NCBI RefSeq assembly: GCF_036321535.1
Contig: NC_087436.1
Span: 88,662,001 to 88,726,000, forward strand
Source of the DNA: Camelus dromedarius
Taxonomy: Eukaryota
DNA: 64,000 nt
Direction: 5' to 3'
Positions 1-13,015 of the stretch are shown here, piece after piece (the first letter of the stretch is position 1; the number at the start of each line of letters is the position of its first letter). Below the pieces are notes generated by a model. That model saw only the letters and a list, made by a program, of their open reading frames with translations. It searched no databases and had not been told where the DNA came from. Position numbers and translations under genes: made by a program.

Positions 1-77
1 GACATTGAAAACTGAGTTAACTTTACTCTTTTGGAGTATGCTGATATGAAATGGAATCTATTGAAATGTAGTAGAAT

Positions 78-360
78 GTAGTGGAGAGAGCATGGACTTA
101 AGTTAGGAGGTCCTGACTCAAGTCTGGGCTTAGTTTAGTAGCTTTATGACTTGAGATAAATTCCTGTACTGTTTTTTGTTGTCTTCTTTTAGGAATAGGT
201 GGATGCTGGATTACCTCCCGTAACGTCTTAATCCTCTCAGAAATCTTATAATGTATGTGATATTGTTGTTGTTTTCTATAATGAGGAAGCAGGTACAGAG
301 GCTATTGGTCCAGAGTCATAGAACTAGTTGCAAAGTCAGGATGTGAACCTACACTTCAAT
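78..360. mobile_element. Two degraded MIR SINE fragments in opposite orientations
   Basis: MIR-like motifs (agtggagagagcatggact...; aatgaggaagcaggtacagag...agagtcatagaactagt). Confidence 0.5.
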
Positions 361-584
361 AATATTACACCATATTGCCTCCCCATGAGTAAAAGTGGCA
401 AATTCTATTAACCCCATAGACATTTCCCTGTGGATATTCTCTGATCTCTCAGTGTCTTTAGGTTGCAAAGTTTAGAACTAGTTTTTCAGTTTGCATCATC
501 ACGAAAAGGATTTTATTCCCTTTTATAGTTAATTTACATCATTGACGCATTAAATTTGAATTTTATGAACAGTCTGAAGTTAGT

Positions 585-1100
585 CATTAATTCATTCAAT
601 AAGTATTTTGGGGTGTCTCCCAAGTACCGGCATTGGGATTACATGAGAGAATAATTTTGATAAAGTACTTGCTTTTGGGGAACTTATTTTTTTATTCCAC
701 CTCAGTTAGAATAAAATAAATAACAAATTAGTATAGAATATCAGGGACAAGTATAGAAAGAAAATTAGAGTAAAGTTAAAATTGTGATAGTCTGGGTGGT
801 ATGTACTGTTCTAAACAGTGTGGTCAGAGGAGAACACTGAAATGATGACATGTGAAGGGAATCTTGAGAGAAGTAGGGGATCAAGCCCTGTGGAAATGGG
901 GTTGGGGTAGTGTGATTGCAGAGGCCTTGAGGCGGGAACACCTGAAGGAGGACTGAAGTAGTTGCTCCAGGGGACACATAGTGGGAGATGAGTTCAAAGA
1001 GATGGTGGGATGACGGATTGCTGGGGAAAGGAGAATATGTGTAGGGCCTGGTAGACCACTGTTATAATATGAGCTTCACTTTAAGTAGAAAAGCAGACTA
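585..1100 (-). mobile_element. L2 LINE remnant
   Basis: ttcattcaataagtatt 3' end followed by the purine-rich body typical of antisense L2. Confidence 0.55.
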
Positions 1101-1190
1101 GTTATATGACCATGAAAGAAACTGGATCAGAAGTTTAGAATTTTCTTAGCAGGAAAACACCAGGCATAGTTGATTTTTACACATGAGTTT

Positions 1191-1312
1191 AAAAAAAAAT
1201 TTTTATTGAAGTGTAGTTGATTTACAATATTAGTTTCAGTTGTACAGCAAAGTTATTCAGTTATATATGTACATACATATATATTTTTTTCTTTTCAGAT
1301 TTTTTTCCATTA
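1191..1312 (-). mobile_element. Short 5'-truncated L1 3' end with target-site duplication
   Basis: ttttattgaagtgtagttgatttacaat L1 tail; TSD core ttacacatga at 1177-1186 and 1313-1322. Confidence 0.75.
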
Positions 1313-1399
1313 TTACACATGATTTTTAACAAATGAACATTTAAGGTGTATATATATATATAAAAGTTCAGTCTCTTTATAAAATATTTGATAGTATAT

Positions 1400-1790
1400 G
1401 TAAAAAAGGAATGTGCCCTAGCTTATCATCTTACAAGGAAAGGAAGAGAAAATTATAGTCCAGTCTAACTCATGAACATGTTTGTAAAATATTCAAGTTT
1501 TAGCCACTCAAATCCAGCTATCTGGTACTATAGTATTACCTATCCAAAACCTTAATCTATCATAACCAAGTTGGGTTTATTGCTATCAGATTAACAGATT
1601 AAAGGAGAAATAAGATCATTTTAGTAAGTGTTTCAAAAACAGTTGATAAAATTCAACATCCATATATGATGAAAACCTAACTAGAAATACAAGAGAGCAA
1701 TCCTTAACCTGATGCAGATTATCTGCAGAAAGGCTAGAGCAAGTATCATACTTGGTGGAGAAATGTTGAAAGCATATCCCCCCTTGTGTA
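1400..1790 (+). mobile_element. Old L1M ORF2 remnant
   Basis: Degenerate RT-region sequence (ttgataaaattcaacatccat...; ggtggagaaatgttgaaagcat). Confidence 0.6.
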
Positions 1791-3769
1791 ATTTTGAGCC
1801 AAATCCTGTAAATACTTCATTATGCATCTCTAAAAGATGGATTCTTAACCTGAAAATAGTTTATCTATTTCTTAATATCAGCAAATATCTGGTGTCACCT
1901 TGTTGTCTCATGAATACCTTCATCTTTTACTTCAGTTTGTATGACTCAAAAACCTAGTGAGATTGACGTTGTAATTGGTTGATGTCTCTAAAGTCTATTA
2001 ACCTAATATTTACCTCTTTTTCTATAATTTTCCGTCTTTTTTCTTTTCCTTTGTCACTTGTTTAAGAAACTAGGTTGCTTTATTTAATTTCACAGAGTCT
2101 GGATTTTGCAGATTGCACCTCTGTGATATTAGTTGACGTTTTTCTCCGTATTTCTTATAAATTGTTAGTAGGACTAGAGGTTTGATCAGCTCCTGTTTCA
2201 ATTATTTATTTATTTTTTGGCAGAATGTTTATTTTTTAAAAAAGCAGCTTATTAGCCTCTGACAAAACTTAACTTAGGGAAAATGTGTGAAGATATCGTT
2301 GTGCAACTCTCACCGTTTGTTTAATACTCAGTTACATGAGATATCTAAAATCATTATTTTATATCATTTTCCATCATACTAGGCACCTTCATAATTTAAA
2401 CTGTTAAGTCATCAGGAGAAGATACTACGTGTTTGCACTGTGAATATATGAAGTTTGACTTATAGTTCTTTTAAGGCCATCTATGTTTATGATTCTAAAA
2501 TTACTGGACCGATGACCCACTGGTCACTGTAGTTACGTTCTGTATGCTTCCTTTTCATTTAAAAAGTATGTACTATCAGTGAAATTATTTTAATTTATCC
2601 ATCATGTTGTACAGGTATCTGTCATGGTTTCAGTAGGAAGACTGTTCAGAGAAATTATCCCTTTTTGTTCTCAAGATTTAATTTAAAAAAAGGAAAAGTG
2701 TAGCTGTAGTTTAGGGTGGCAGAAAGGTTATGTTTGATAAATTTCTCTTTGAATTGCTGAAGAGGTATGAAAATTATCATTGTTAAGCGTGGAAATTGAT
2801 ACAATGTGCTGAGTAAGAACAGACATAAATGTTGCTATTAGCTTTCAAAAAATGTGACATCCAGTCATTCTTTTGGAAAGATCAAAATAAAATTTGATCA
2901 CGTGAGTCAGGGTAACTTGGCTCACACTACCATCAAGATAATACTTTACTGGATTATACTTATCAAAACACTGAAGTATAAATTTGGTAATTTATACAAT
3001 ATGTGTGTGTGTTTTCTCTATGGTGCTTTTTACTCTGTTTCTTTTTCTGTGATCATTATTTGAATCAAAATTCTTAACTTTTGTTTGTTTTAGGGAACTA
3101 TTTTGAGCTTCTCGAGGCTTTAATGGGATGATTTTTCATCATTAATCTATTTCTTATCAGGTTAACTGCTACTCAGTGTTTTGCCTGCTTGGTCCTGATA
3201 CCTAGGCAGCATTCTCTTGCGATACCTACTCCTTAGCTAAAGACTCTTTATTCCCTTCTTCTTATTTCATTTATAATGGGGTGCCTTACTGGGAAAACAA
3301 GAGGGGGAAGAAAGCCTTTTAAGATGATGTTAAAGCTTTGGAGAGAACTTTATAGCCTGTTTAGAAACATTTCTTTCAATTTGTTTTTGTGTATTTCTGC
3401 CAACCCACAACAAAAGAAAATCAAAAGCTGAAACCCTAAAAATTTTTTCTTTTGAAATGTTTAAAAGAGAAATATTTGGAATTGTAGCCTAAAATATGAT
3501 TTTAGAATTTAGACTTTCACAAAGCACGAGTAATGCAAAAATTGTTTGTACTGTTGTTAACCTGATGAGAATTCACTCTTACTGGAGAATTTATCTGAAA
3601 ATAATGTACCTGAATAGATGTATGTATGAAACTAAGCCAAAAAGATTATTGTTAACGTTAAATTTTCCAAAGAGTTAGCTCCATTTTGCTTGTGTAGTTT
3701 TGAATGAATAATGTGTTAAATTTGTTATTTAGAATAGAACTTTTAGCAAATTTTAAAGAAAATTCTAAA

Positions 3770-4140
3770 ACTTTTTATTGAAGGACCAGTGTAGGTGTAG
3801 AAAAGTATACAGATCATAAGTGTACAGCTTGATGACTTTTTATAAACTGATCATAGCCATGTAACCAGAACTCAGATCATCAAACAGAACGTTAGCAGCA
3901 TTTCCTAAACTTTTTGTGTCCTTTGTAATCATCATCCTGATTTTGAACAGCATAGATTTGTTTTTCTTGTTTGTTTTATGTGAATAGAATCATATGCTGT
4001 ATACTCTTTGTGTTTGATTTCTTTTGCTCAGTGTTATGTGTGTGAGATTCATTCATATAGTTTCTTTATTCTCATAGTAGAGTATACGAACGTACTAAAC
4101 TTACTGATTCTCTTACTGATGGGAATTTGAGTAGTTAAGG
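3770..4140 (-). mobile_element. Old L1 (L1ME/MC-like) 3' end
   Basis: aactttttattgaa...aagtgtacagcttgatga...gtgagattcattcat. Confidence 0.65.
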
Positions 4141-4174
4141 AAATTTCTCTTTAAGTTTCAGACCTTTTTTTCAG

Positions 4175-4295
4175 GTAGTTGTTATCCTTGCCCAGAAACC
4201 GTAGATGTGAAGTGCAATTGTGGTCATACAAAGGTGACAGTACCCTGTGGCCGAGAACGTACCACAAGACCCCCCAAGTGCAAAGAGCAGTGCAG
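4175..4295 (+). CDS. NFXL1: NFXL1 internal coding exon (121 nt): (G)[39 protein letters not shown](S), NF-X1-type zinc-finger region
   Basis: Acceptor ttttttcag| and donor AG|gttagt; translation matches the human NFXL1 Cys/His-rich region as recalled; phases 1/2 fit the next exon. Confidence 0.96.
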
Positions 4296-4527
4296 GTTAG
4301 TACGAAACTCCGTGCAGACTTACATCTGGTGTCCTACAGATTTAAATTCATACTGATTTTTTAATACTGTTAATATTTTCAATTTTGCTTTAATGTTCTA
4401 AAATATTAATATTCACAATATGCTCATTCGGTATGGAATCAGAAGATATATAATTAGATAATTGCATTTTTAGATATAATTGTTCAATGACCGAAAGTAA
4501 TTTAAAAAATTGTACTTTATGATTTAG

Positions 4528-4687
4528 TCGACCACCAACTTGCCATCATACAAGTCAAGAAAAACATCGCTGTCACTTTGGCTCTTGTCCTCCATGTCAT
4601 CAACCTTGCCAAAAGGTTTTGGAGAAATGCGGTCACTTGTGTCCTGCTCCATGTCATGATCAAGCATTAATAAAGCAAACTGGCAGG
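4528..4687 (+). CDS. NFXL1: NFXL1 coding exon (160 nt): [53 protein letters not shown]
   Basis: gatttag| ... AGG|gtaagg; NF-X1 zinc-finger motif (CH-G-CPPC, CGH-C-x2-CH); phases 2/0. Confidence 0.97.
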
Positions 4688-5421
4688 GTAAGGGAGCAAT
4701 ATTATTGAGAGATAGTGCATTACTGTGGGTCATATTTTTGTAATTTTACTTAGTCGTTCAACAAGCAATGATTAAGTACCTATTGGGTATTAAACACTGG
4801 TAGGAGCTGGGGTACAAGGTAAATAAGACTTGGTCTTTTGTCTTAAGAAGCTCTTAATATAGAAAAGGAGAGAAACCAGTAAAGAAATGTTTGCAAGTAC
4901 AGTGTGATAGTCATGTTATAATCATTGTACAGATGAATTTGTCAGTCTTCCTTCATATGTGGTGGTTTAGGGTTATAGACATCTCCTGGTTTCCTCAAAG
5001 ATTCATTCACATAGTCAGTGAATATTTATTGAGTCCTTACTATGTGTTAAGCATTGTTCTAGGTGCTGGGGAGACAACAGTGAACAAAATAATGGAGATT
5101 ACATTCTATTGATGGAATTTGGATTTTACAATTCTGTTTCTTACTCTTTTGGCTTATGAGAAGTGAAAGAGGGTATATTGTCTTTGTTCTGTCATTTAAA
5201 AACTAGAGTCTGCCTCAATTTTTAATATAAGAATGTTGAAGGGGAACAATGTGATAGAATAAGGATGGAATAAAATATTTCAGTAAGCACGATTTGTTGA
5301 TTACTTGAAAAAATTTTAACCTGCTTAAGCAGAGGATTCCTAGAACAATTTTCATAGATTCTTATAATGGCCGTACAATTTAATCCCTCTGACTTAAAAT
5401 TGTCATGTATTTTACTTGTAG

Positions 5422-5513
5422 CACCAACCTACGGGCCCTTGGGAACAGCATTCTGAACCAGTATTTATTCAGACTGCATTGCCTTGTCCTCCATGTCAAG
5501 TTCCTATTCCTAT
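5422..5513 (+). CDS. NFXL1: NFXL1 coding exon (92 nt): [30 protein letters not shown](M)
   Basis: tttacttgtag| ... AT|gtaagt; continues the frame; phases 0/2. Confidence 0.96.
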
Positions 5514-5564
5514 GTAAGTAGTAGAATTTTAGCTTTTTAAAAAAATCTTTTGACATAGTTCAAA

Positions 5565-7975
5565 GTGTAGTAAAGAGACTGAATTAGTAACTGAAAAATT
5601 ACTACAAAGAAATGCTCAGGACTGGTGATGTCACTATTGAATTCTACCAGACATTTAAAAAAATTAACACCAGTGCTTCACTAAGGAGGGACACCTCATA
5701 ACTCATTCAGTGATGCTAGTATGTCCCTGATACTAAACCAGAGAAAAATATCACAAGAAAACTATAGACCAATATCCCTTTTGAATATAGATGTAAAAAT
5801 TCTCAACCAAACACTGGCAAACTGAATCCAGCAACAGAAGAATTATACGCCATAACCAAGTGGGCTATATCCCAGAAATACAAGGTTGAATCAACATCAA
5901 TCATTCATTCATCAGTCAATCATTGATTCAAATCAATCAGTGTAATACTTTATCAATAGAATAAGGGAAAGTTGATAGATGCAGAAAAACATTTGACACA
6001 ATCTGACATACTTGATAAAAACACTCAACAAATTTGAATTAAAAGAGAACTTCCTCAGCCTGATAAAGGGCATCTGTGAAAAACATACAGGTAACAAACT
6101 TAATGGTGGGAGATTTAAAGCTTTCCCCCTTAAGATCAGGAAGCAAGACTAGGGTATCTGCTCTTGCCACTTTTGTTCAACATTGTTTTGGAAGTGCAAG
6201 CCTAAAAAGTTAGACTAGAAAATGGAGTAAAAATTATTCACACTGGGAATAAAGAAGTAGAACTATTTGTATTTTCAGATGACATGATCTTGTATATAGA
6301 AAATCCTAAGGAATCTTCACAAAAGTTATTAGAGATATTAAATGAGTTCAGTAAGATTATAGGAAATATGATGAATATGTAAAAGTCAATTTTATTTCTG
6401 TATACTAACAGTGAACAATCTGAAAATTAAGGAAACAGTCCCACTTCCAATAGCATTAAAAACAACAAACATTTTGTTTAACAAATTTAATGAAAGAAAT
6501 CTATTTTTGTACACTGAGAACTACAAAACATTATTGAGAGAAAGAAGACCAAAGACTGTGTGGTACTGGCATACAGATAAACATATGGATCAAGGGAATA
6601 AAACTGACAGTCCAGGAATAAATCTATACATTTATGGTCAATTGATTTTTTGGACAGGAGTGTCAGAACAATTTAGTGGGGGAAACAATGTTTTTTTTCC
6701 AACAAATGGTACTGGGACAACTGGATATTCACATGGTAAAAAATGAAATCAGACCCCTGCCTCACAACCTATATATAAATGGTAACTCAAAGTGGGTCAG
6801 GGGCCAAAAAGTAAGAACTTAAACTATTTAACTTCTAGAAGAAAGCATAGGTGTAAATCTTTGTGTCCTTGGATTAGGCATTGGTTTATTGGATATGACA
6901 CCTAAAGCATAAGCGACAAGGTAAAAAATAGATTAATTGGGCTATATGAAAGTTAAGTCAGAGAGCATTATCAGGAAATTGTGCTTTAAGGACACGATCA
7001 AAAAACTGAAGATAACCCACAGAATGGTAGAAAATGTTTGTAAATTGTGTATCTTATAGGAGTATATTATCTAGAACATGTAAAGAATTCTAAGACTGAG
7101 AAACAAAAAGACAAATATCCAATTTAAAAATGGGCAAAGCCTTTGAATAGATGTCTCCAGAAGAAATCTACAAATGGCCAGTAAACACACATGAGAAGAT
7201 GCTCAATATCATGGATTAGGAAATGTAACTCCAAACCACTGAGAGATACCATTTTACACCCACTAGGGAGGCTAAAATAAAAAAAGACATATAAGTGTTG
7301 GTGAAGGTATAGAGAAGTTGGAGCCATTGTACATTGCTATTGGAAATGTAACATGATATAGCTACTTTGGAAAACACTTGGTAGTTTCTCAGGAGACTAT
7401 AAATGTGGAGTTGCCACATGACCCAGCAACTTTACTCTTAGATCTAAACCCAAGAGAGTTGAAAATATATGTTCATAAAAACTTGTATGTGAATTGCCAT
7501 AGCAGCATTATTATTAATAGCCAAAAAAGTGGGAACAACTCAATTGTCTATCACCTGGTGAATGAATAAACAAAATGTGATATATCCATACAATGGAATA
7601 TTATTCAGCTATAAAAATGCATGAATTACTGATACATGCTATAACATGGATGAACCTTGAAAACAGCATGCTAAGTGAAAAAAAAGCCAGACACAAAAGG
7701 CCCCATAATTGATTCTACTTACATGAAATGTCCAGAGTAGGCAAATCCATAGAGACAGAAAGTAGATTAGTAGTTGCTGGGGGCTGTGGACAGGAGACCA
7801 TGAGGAAGTGACTTCTAATAGTTTTAGAATTTCTCTCTGAAATTATGAAAATATTTTAGAATTAAATAGTGGTGATGGTTACACAACCTTAGGAGTATAC
7901 TAAACACCACTGAATTGTACTCTTCAAAAGTACATATTTTATGATACCAAATTTTATCTCAATTTAAAAAAGGAG
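5565..7975 (+). mobile_element. L1MB/MC-like LINE, ORF2 3' half plus 3' UTR, degenerate, with an internal deletion near 6545
   Basis: ORFs 6411..6746 (ENYKTLLRE joined to KTVWYWH...YIYGQLIF) and 7378..7569 (ELPHDPA) are L1 ORF2-like; A-rich end. Confidence 0.9.
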
Positions 7976-8994
7976 AAAAACATGAATAAAGATCCTTCTA
8001 ACTCTGATGTGATTTTTCAGTGGCATGTATATATACCAAAATTATTATTGTATATATTTTTATTGTCATGTGAACTATCCAGGTAATATAATTTCTTTCT
8101 TAGAGTAGAATGTTCTTGTTTTCTTATCCCTTGCCCTCTGGTTTTTGAAAATAACATTACTTTTAATGATAATTTGGCCTTGTGGTAAAAGAGTTCTGAA
8201 CATGTACATATAACACATGTAATACGTGTGTTATTTCATTTAGGGTGCCTTTGGCTTCAAGTACCAAGAACCATAAATAGAAAGCGACATGGTAATGTTT
8301 ATGCCTTGCACAATTAGACTGGAGGTAGAGCCGCTTCATGGTTGGTTAATCCGGTCAATTCAGTGATGCATCATCAAGGGGCAGATTCTGTCTTTCTGCT
8401 TTATTCTTCGTGTGTCATCTTTGCTTTCAGGCTATTTGGCCTTCTGATAAGCTTCCCATCCACCTAGTGAAGTTTCCAAAGGGGTCAATGGAAACTGTGC
8501 CTTCAACCATCATTTTTTTTATTTAAAGAGTGAGGAAACCTTTCCCAGAAGCCCCATAGTAAAACTCCTTTCACATTTCATTGGCCCAGAACAGGATCAC
8601 AATACAGTTTCTAAGCCAGTTTCTTGAAAGGAAAATGAAGTATTTATTTATTTTTTAAAATAGACTTTATCTTTTTTAGATGATTTTTTAGGTTTCCAGG
8701 CAAATTGCACAGAAAGTACAAAAAGTTCCCATATGTCCTGCCACACACTTACAGTTTCCTCTATTATTAATAGCTTATATTATTGTGGAATTGTAGTCTT
8801 TAAAAGTATAACTTTAATGGTATATGAATTTTATCTCAGTCTAAAAAAGAAAAACAAAAGTATAGTGATCCTTCTAACTCTGATATAATGATTTTTCAGT
8901 GGCATGTAAAACAAACTTATTATGAAGTATATGTTGAAAAATATTACTTGTCACATGAACTATCCAGGTAATATAATTTCTTTCTTAGAGTAGA
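7912..8994 (+). repeat. ~200-bp dispersed direct repeat (7912-8109 and 8788-8994)
   Basis: Alignable throughout; last 39 nt identical. Confidence 0.9.
8240..8640. mobile_element. Old MaLR (MLT1J/K-like) LTR
   Basis: ttagggtgcctttggcttcaagtacc start; ttcccagaagccc...catttcattggcccagaacaggatcac motif. Confidence 0.5.
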
Positions 8995-10890
8995 TTTTTT
9001 TTTTTTTTTACAGTTGAGGAACTGATACATTATTATTACCTAAAGTCTATAGTTTATATTAGGGTTTACTTTTTGGGTTATATGGTCCATGAGTTTTGAT
9101 AATTGTATAATCTCAAGTATCCACCATTACAGTACCATACAGAATAGTTTCACTGCCCTAAAAACATGCTACCTTTATTTATCCCTCACCTCCTTCCCCC
9201 TGAAGTCCCTGGAAACCATTGATCTTTTTACTGTCTTTTCCAAAATGTCCTGTAGTTGTAATCCTACAGTATGTAACCTTTTTAGCATATTGTACTTAAT
9301 AATACACATTTAAGTTTCCTCCATGTCTTTTTATGGCTTGGTAACTCATGTCTTTTTATTGCTGAATAATATTCCGGTTTATGTATTTATCACTGTTTAT
9401 CCATTCACCTATTGAAAGACATTTTGGTTGTTTCCAAGTTTTGGCAGTTACGAAGAAAACAATTATGTGCAGGTTTTTATGTGGACATATGTTTTCAACT
9501 CATTTGGTAGGTATTTAGGAGTGCTATTGCTGGATCATATGGTAAGTCTACATTTACTTTTATAAGACACTGCCAAGCTGTCTAACAAAGTGGCTTGTAC
9601 CATTTTGCATTCTTACCAACAATGAATGAGAATTCCTGTTGCCTACATCTTTGCCAGTATAAGCTGTTGTCAGGATTTTGGGTTTTAGCCATTCCAGTAG
9701 GTGTATAGTCGTATCTCATTGTTTTAATTGACAGTTCTCTAATGGCATATGATGCTGAACATTTTTTCACATGCTTATTTGCCATTTGTATGTCTTCTCT
9801 GGTGAAGTGTCTGTTCTCCGTTCAAATCTTACCCATTAAAAAAATTGGATTGTTTGATTTCTTACTGCTGAGTTTTAAGATTCTTTTGTATTTTGGATAT
9901 AAGTCCTTTACTGGATATGTGTTTTCCAGATATTTACCCCTAGTCTGTGATTTGTCTTTTCATTTAAGTGTTTTCATTTAACCCTTTTTTATTTAAGTGT
10001 TTATGGCAGAGCATATGCTTTTGATTTAATGAAGTCCAGCTAAACCATTTTTCTTTCATGGATCATGCTTTTGGTGTTGGGTTTAAAAAGTCATTACCAA
10101 ACCCAAGGTCACCTAGATTTTCTCCTTTGTTTTATACTTGTGCATTTCATATTTAGGGCTGTGATCCATTTTGAGTTTACTGCTGTGAGAGGTGTAAGGT
10201 TTGTTGTATCTTTTTCTCCATATGGATCTCCCTTTGTTCCAGCACCAGTCACTTGTTGAAAAGACTATCCTTTCTGTATTTGATTGCCTTTCTCCTTTGT
10301 CAAAGATCAGTTGGCTACATTTATGTGGGTCCATTTCTAGGCTCTATTCTATTCAGTTGATTTGTGTATTCTTTCCGCAGTACCATACTGTCTTGATCAC
10401 TGTAGCCTCATAGTAAGTCTTGAATTTGGGTAGTAGTGTCTGTCCTCTCTCTTTGTTGTTCTTCAGTACTGTGTTGGCCATCCTGGGTTTTTACTCTTTC
10501 CATATAGACCTTAGAATCAATTTGTTGATAATCCACAAAATAACTAGCTGGGATTTTGATTGGAATTGTGTTGAATCTAGATCAAGTTGGGAAGAAGTGC
10601 CATTTTAATAATATTGTACCTTTCTATAGATGAACATGAAATATCTCTCCATGTATTTAGATCTTTTATTTCTTTTATCAGTGTTTTGTAGTTTTCTTCA
10701 TATAGATCATGTGTTTATTTTGTTAGATTTATACCTAAGTATTTAATTTTTTTGTGTGCTAATTATGAATAGTGGTGTGTTTTTGATGTCTAATCCCAGT
10801 TGTTCATTGCTGGTATACAGGTTCATTGGCTTTTGTGTATTAACTTTGTATCCTGCAACCTTTCTGTAATCACTTATTATTTCCATATGT
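8645..10890 (-). mobile_element. L1MA/MB-like LINE, antisense, interrupted at 8788-8994 by a local duplication
   Basis: ORFs 9582..9785 (MANKHVKKCS..IRE..IKTMRY) and 10113..10334 (QLIFDKG) are L1 ORF2 C-terminal. Confidence 0.9.
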
Positions 10891-11004
10891 GTTGATTTTT
10901 TTGTTCTTAAGTAAAAAAACTAGTAGAGTTAGCATCTTTGCTATAAAAATATTCTTTCTGAAGAATGTATAATGTTTTCATTTCATTTTATTTTTTTCCT
11001 GCAG

Positions 11005-11026
11005 GGAATGTCTTGGGAAGCACGAG
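11005..11026 (+). CDS. NFXL1: NFXL1 22-nt coding microexon: (M)ECLGKHE
   Basis: Long pyrimidine tract then cctgcag| and GAG|gtgagt; needed to join phase 2 to phase 0 and restores recalled PIPMECLGKHEVSP. Confidence 0.95.
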
Positions 11027-11444
11027 GTGAGTTACAAGCACAAACTTTAAGTAAAGCTTGTAATCTATACCTTTTCTATATGATGGATGCTAGAAATAAC
11101 AAAGTCAAAGTATTGTCTTTTTAGTGCTACAACGAGTATAAGAGTTTGTCTATTAATTTTTACAATATACAGTGCTTTTATTTGGGAATTAGCCTTTCTA
11201 TATGCATTCACTACAAAATAATTATATTGAATTTCCCTTTTAGGATTAGACTTTTTTTGCTTCTTGGCATTCCTTCTTTGGGTTTTTTGGATAGGTTACT
11301 TTGATTTTGATAATAACAGTTATTAATGAAAATGTATTAGACGAAACTTGTTCTCAAGTAATAACAGAGGCATTTTGGAAACATGCTTCCGATAGGTTTT
11401 GTGTGTGTGTATTGCTAATTTTCCTTTTTTTCTTAAATTTTAAG

Positions 11445-11585
11445 GTGAGCCCACTACCATGCCATGCTGTAGGACCCTACTCTTGTAAGAGAATGTGTGG
11501 ACGAACCTTAGATTGTCAGAATCATACATGTAAGAAAGAATGCCACAAGGTAACTGAAATTGATTCCTGCACTACCAAAAACAAG
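11445..11585 (+). CDS. NFXL1: NFXL1 coding exon (141 nt): [47 protein letters not shown]
   Basis: ttttaag| ... AAG|gtaatg; part of ORF 11301..11603; phases 0/0. Confidence 0.96.
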
Positions 11586-13015
11586 GTAATGTCCTTAGGT
11601 TGAATATATACATGCTTACAGTATATTTGAAACATTTTTTTCAATAATTATGCCATAAATATTTTTCCATTTTGCTTTAACTTCTCTTTTTCTTGCATTC
11701 ATCCTTTCTCCTTCATTCCCTTTTCTAAGACAACCAACTTTAACAGCTTGGTGTATATCTCTCTATGTCTTTGTGCTAGCTCGTAATGATATGCCTTTTA
11801 ATGTGATATTCCTTACATGCTGTATCTGTGTTAACACATAGGATTTGATTTCATGATAAAAGTACAGAAATTGTGTATCTTTTTTAGATGCTAAGTGGTA
11901 ATATCACCTCCACTTTTGTCCACTTACATCTCTGAGAGTTTAGTCTGGAGCATTTGCTCTCAGCTATTTTTTAAACCTAGTATGTATGTTAGGTGATGTT
12001 CACAATTTTAATAAATTCTCAACCTTTTGCTGGAAGTAAATAACAGTTTCTGTTCTTGCTATTTCTTGAATATTCCAATTTGTTCTTAACCTCAGAGCCT
12101 TTGCACCTACTGTCCTTTTCTCTGGGACTCTGCATTCTTGTGACTCTCTCACTTATTTCACTCAATTTCTGTTCAAATATGAACTTGATCAGATAGGCTT
12201 CCTTCTTGTCGCTACTATCACTCGGTCTTACTCTGCTTTATCTTTTCTCTGAGGATTTATGAAGACATTCTATTACGTTCTTTACCTTCCCACTTAAATG
12301 TAAATTTCTTAGGCCAGGGATCCTCCCCAGTCTTGCATATTCCCACAATACCTGGCACATAATGCTGAATAAGTACTTATGGAATACATTAATATACTTT
12401 TTAAAATAAAAAATAGAAGTTATTTATAGAGGAATGTTTCATAATTGAAACACCTTTTCTTTTTAATCTTACATGTCAAAAATACCTTAGAATTTTATTG
12501 ACATAATAACTCTTGTAATCATGGCTGTACTTGGGAATGATAATAAAAAATGTTTACCCTTGAGTTAGTATCCTTTCTGTAGCTCTCTGATTTTAATCTC
12601 ATGTGACATGTGAAAATAAGCAATATCCTGCAGTAAAAATCTTCTTTAGTAGAGAGATACCACTTAATTATTAAATTCCTAGAGCAGAGAGGTGCTTTGT
12701 TGAGTTACATTAAGGTTCATTTATTTGTAAATGTAATTAATTTTGTAATGTAATCATAGACCTGCATTCAAAAATAAACTGCTAGTCATTCTCTTTCCCT
12801 TTTATATGTGTTTCTCTTTGGCAAAATGAGACTGACATTCCTAGAATGTCGAATGCTTTGGTAATTTTTATTTATGTGTTAATAGTGTATTGATTTCTTT
12901 AGTTTGGTGATGATCATGCTTCTTGGGTAGAAACTGATAACATTTTACTCTGTATGTTTTTTTCTGCCACTGACTAGGAAGTAAAAAACATGGCACCATT
13001 TTATTAACTGTATTT

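Noticed and set aside
3070..3166. Possible cryptic NFXL1 exon 3094-3160 (cttaac branch, ttttag acceptor, early TGA)
   Set aside because: The donor CAG|gttaac is weak and such acceptors are common in T-rich introns; the coding sequence does not need it.
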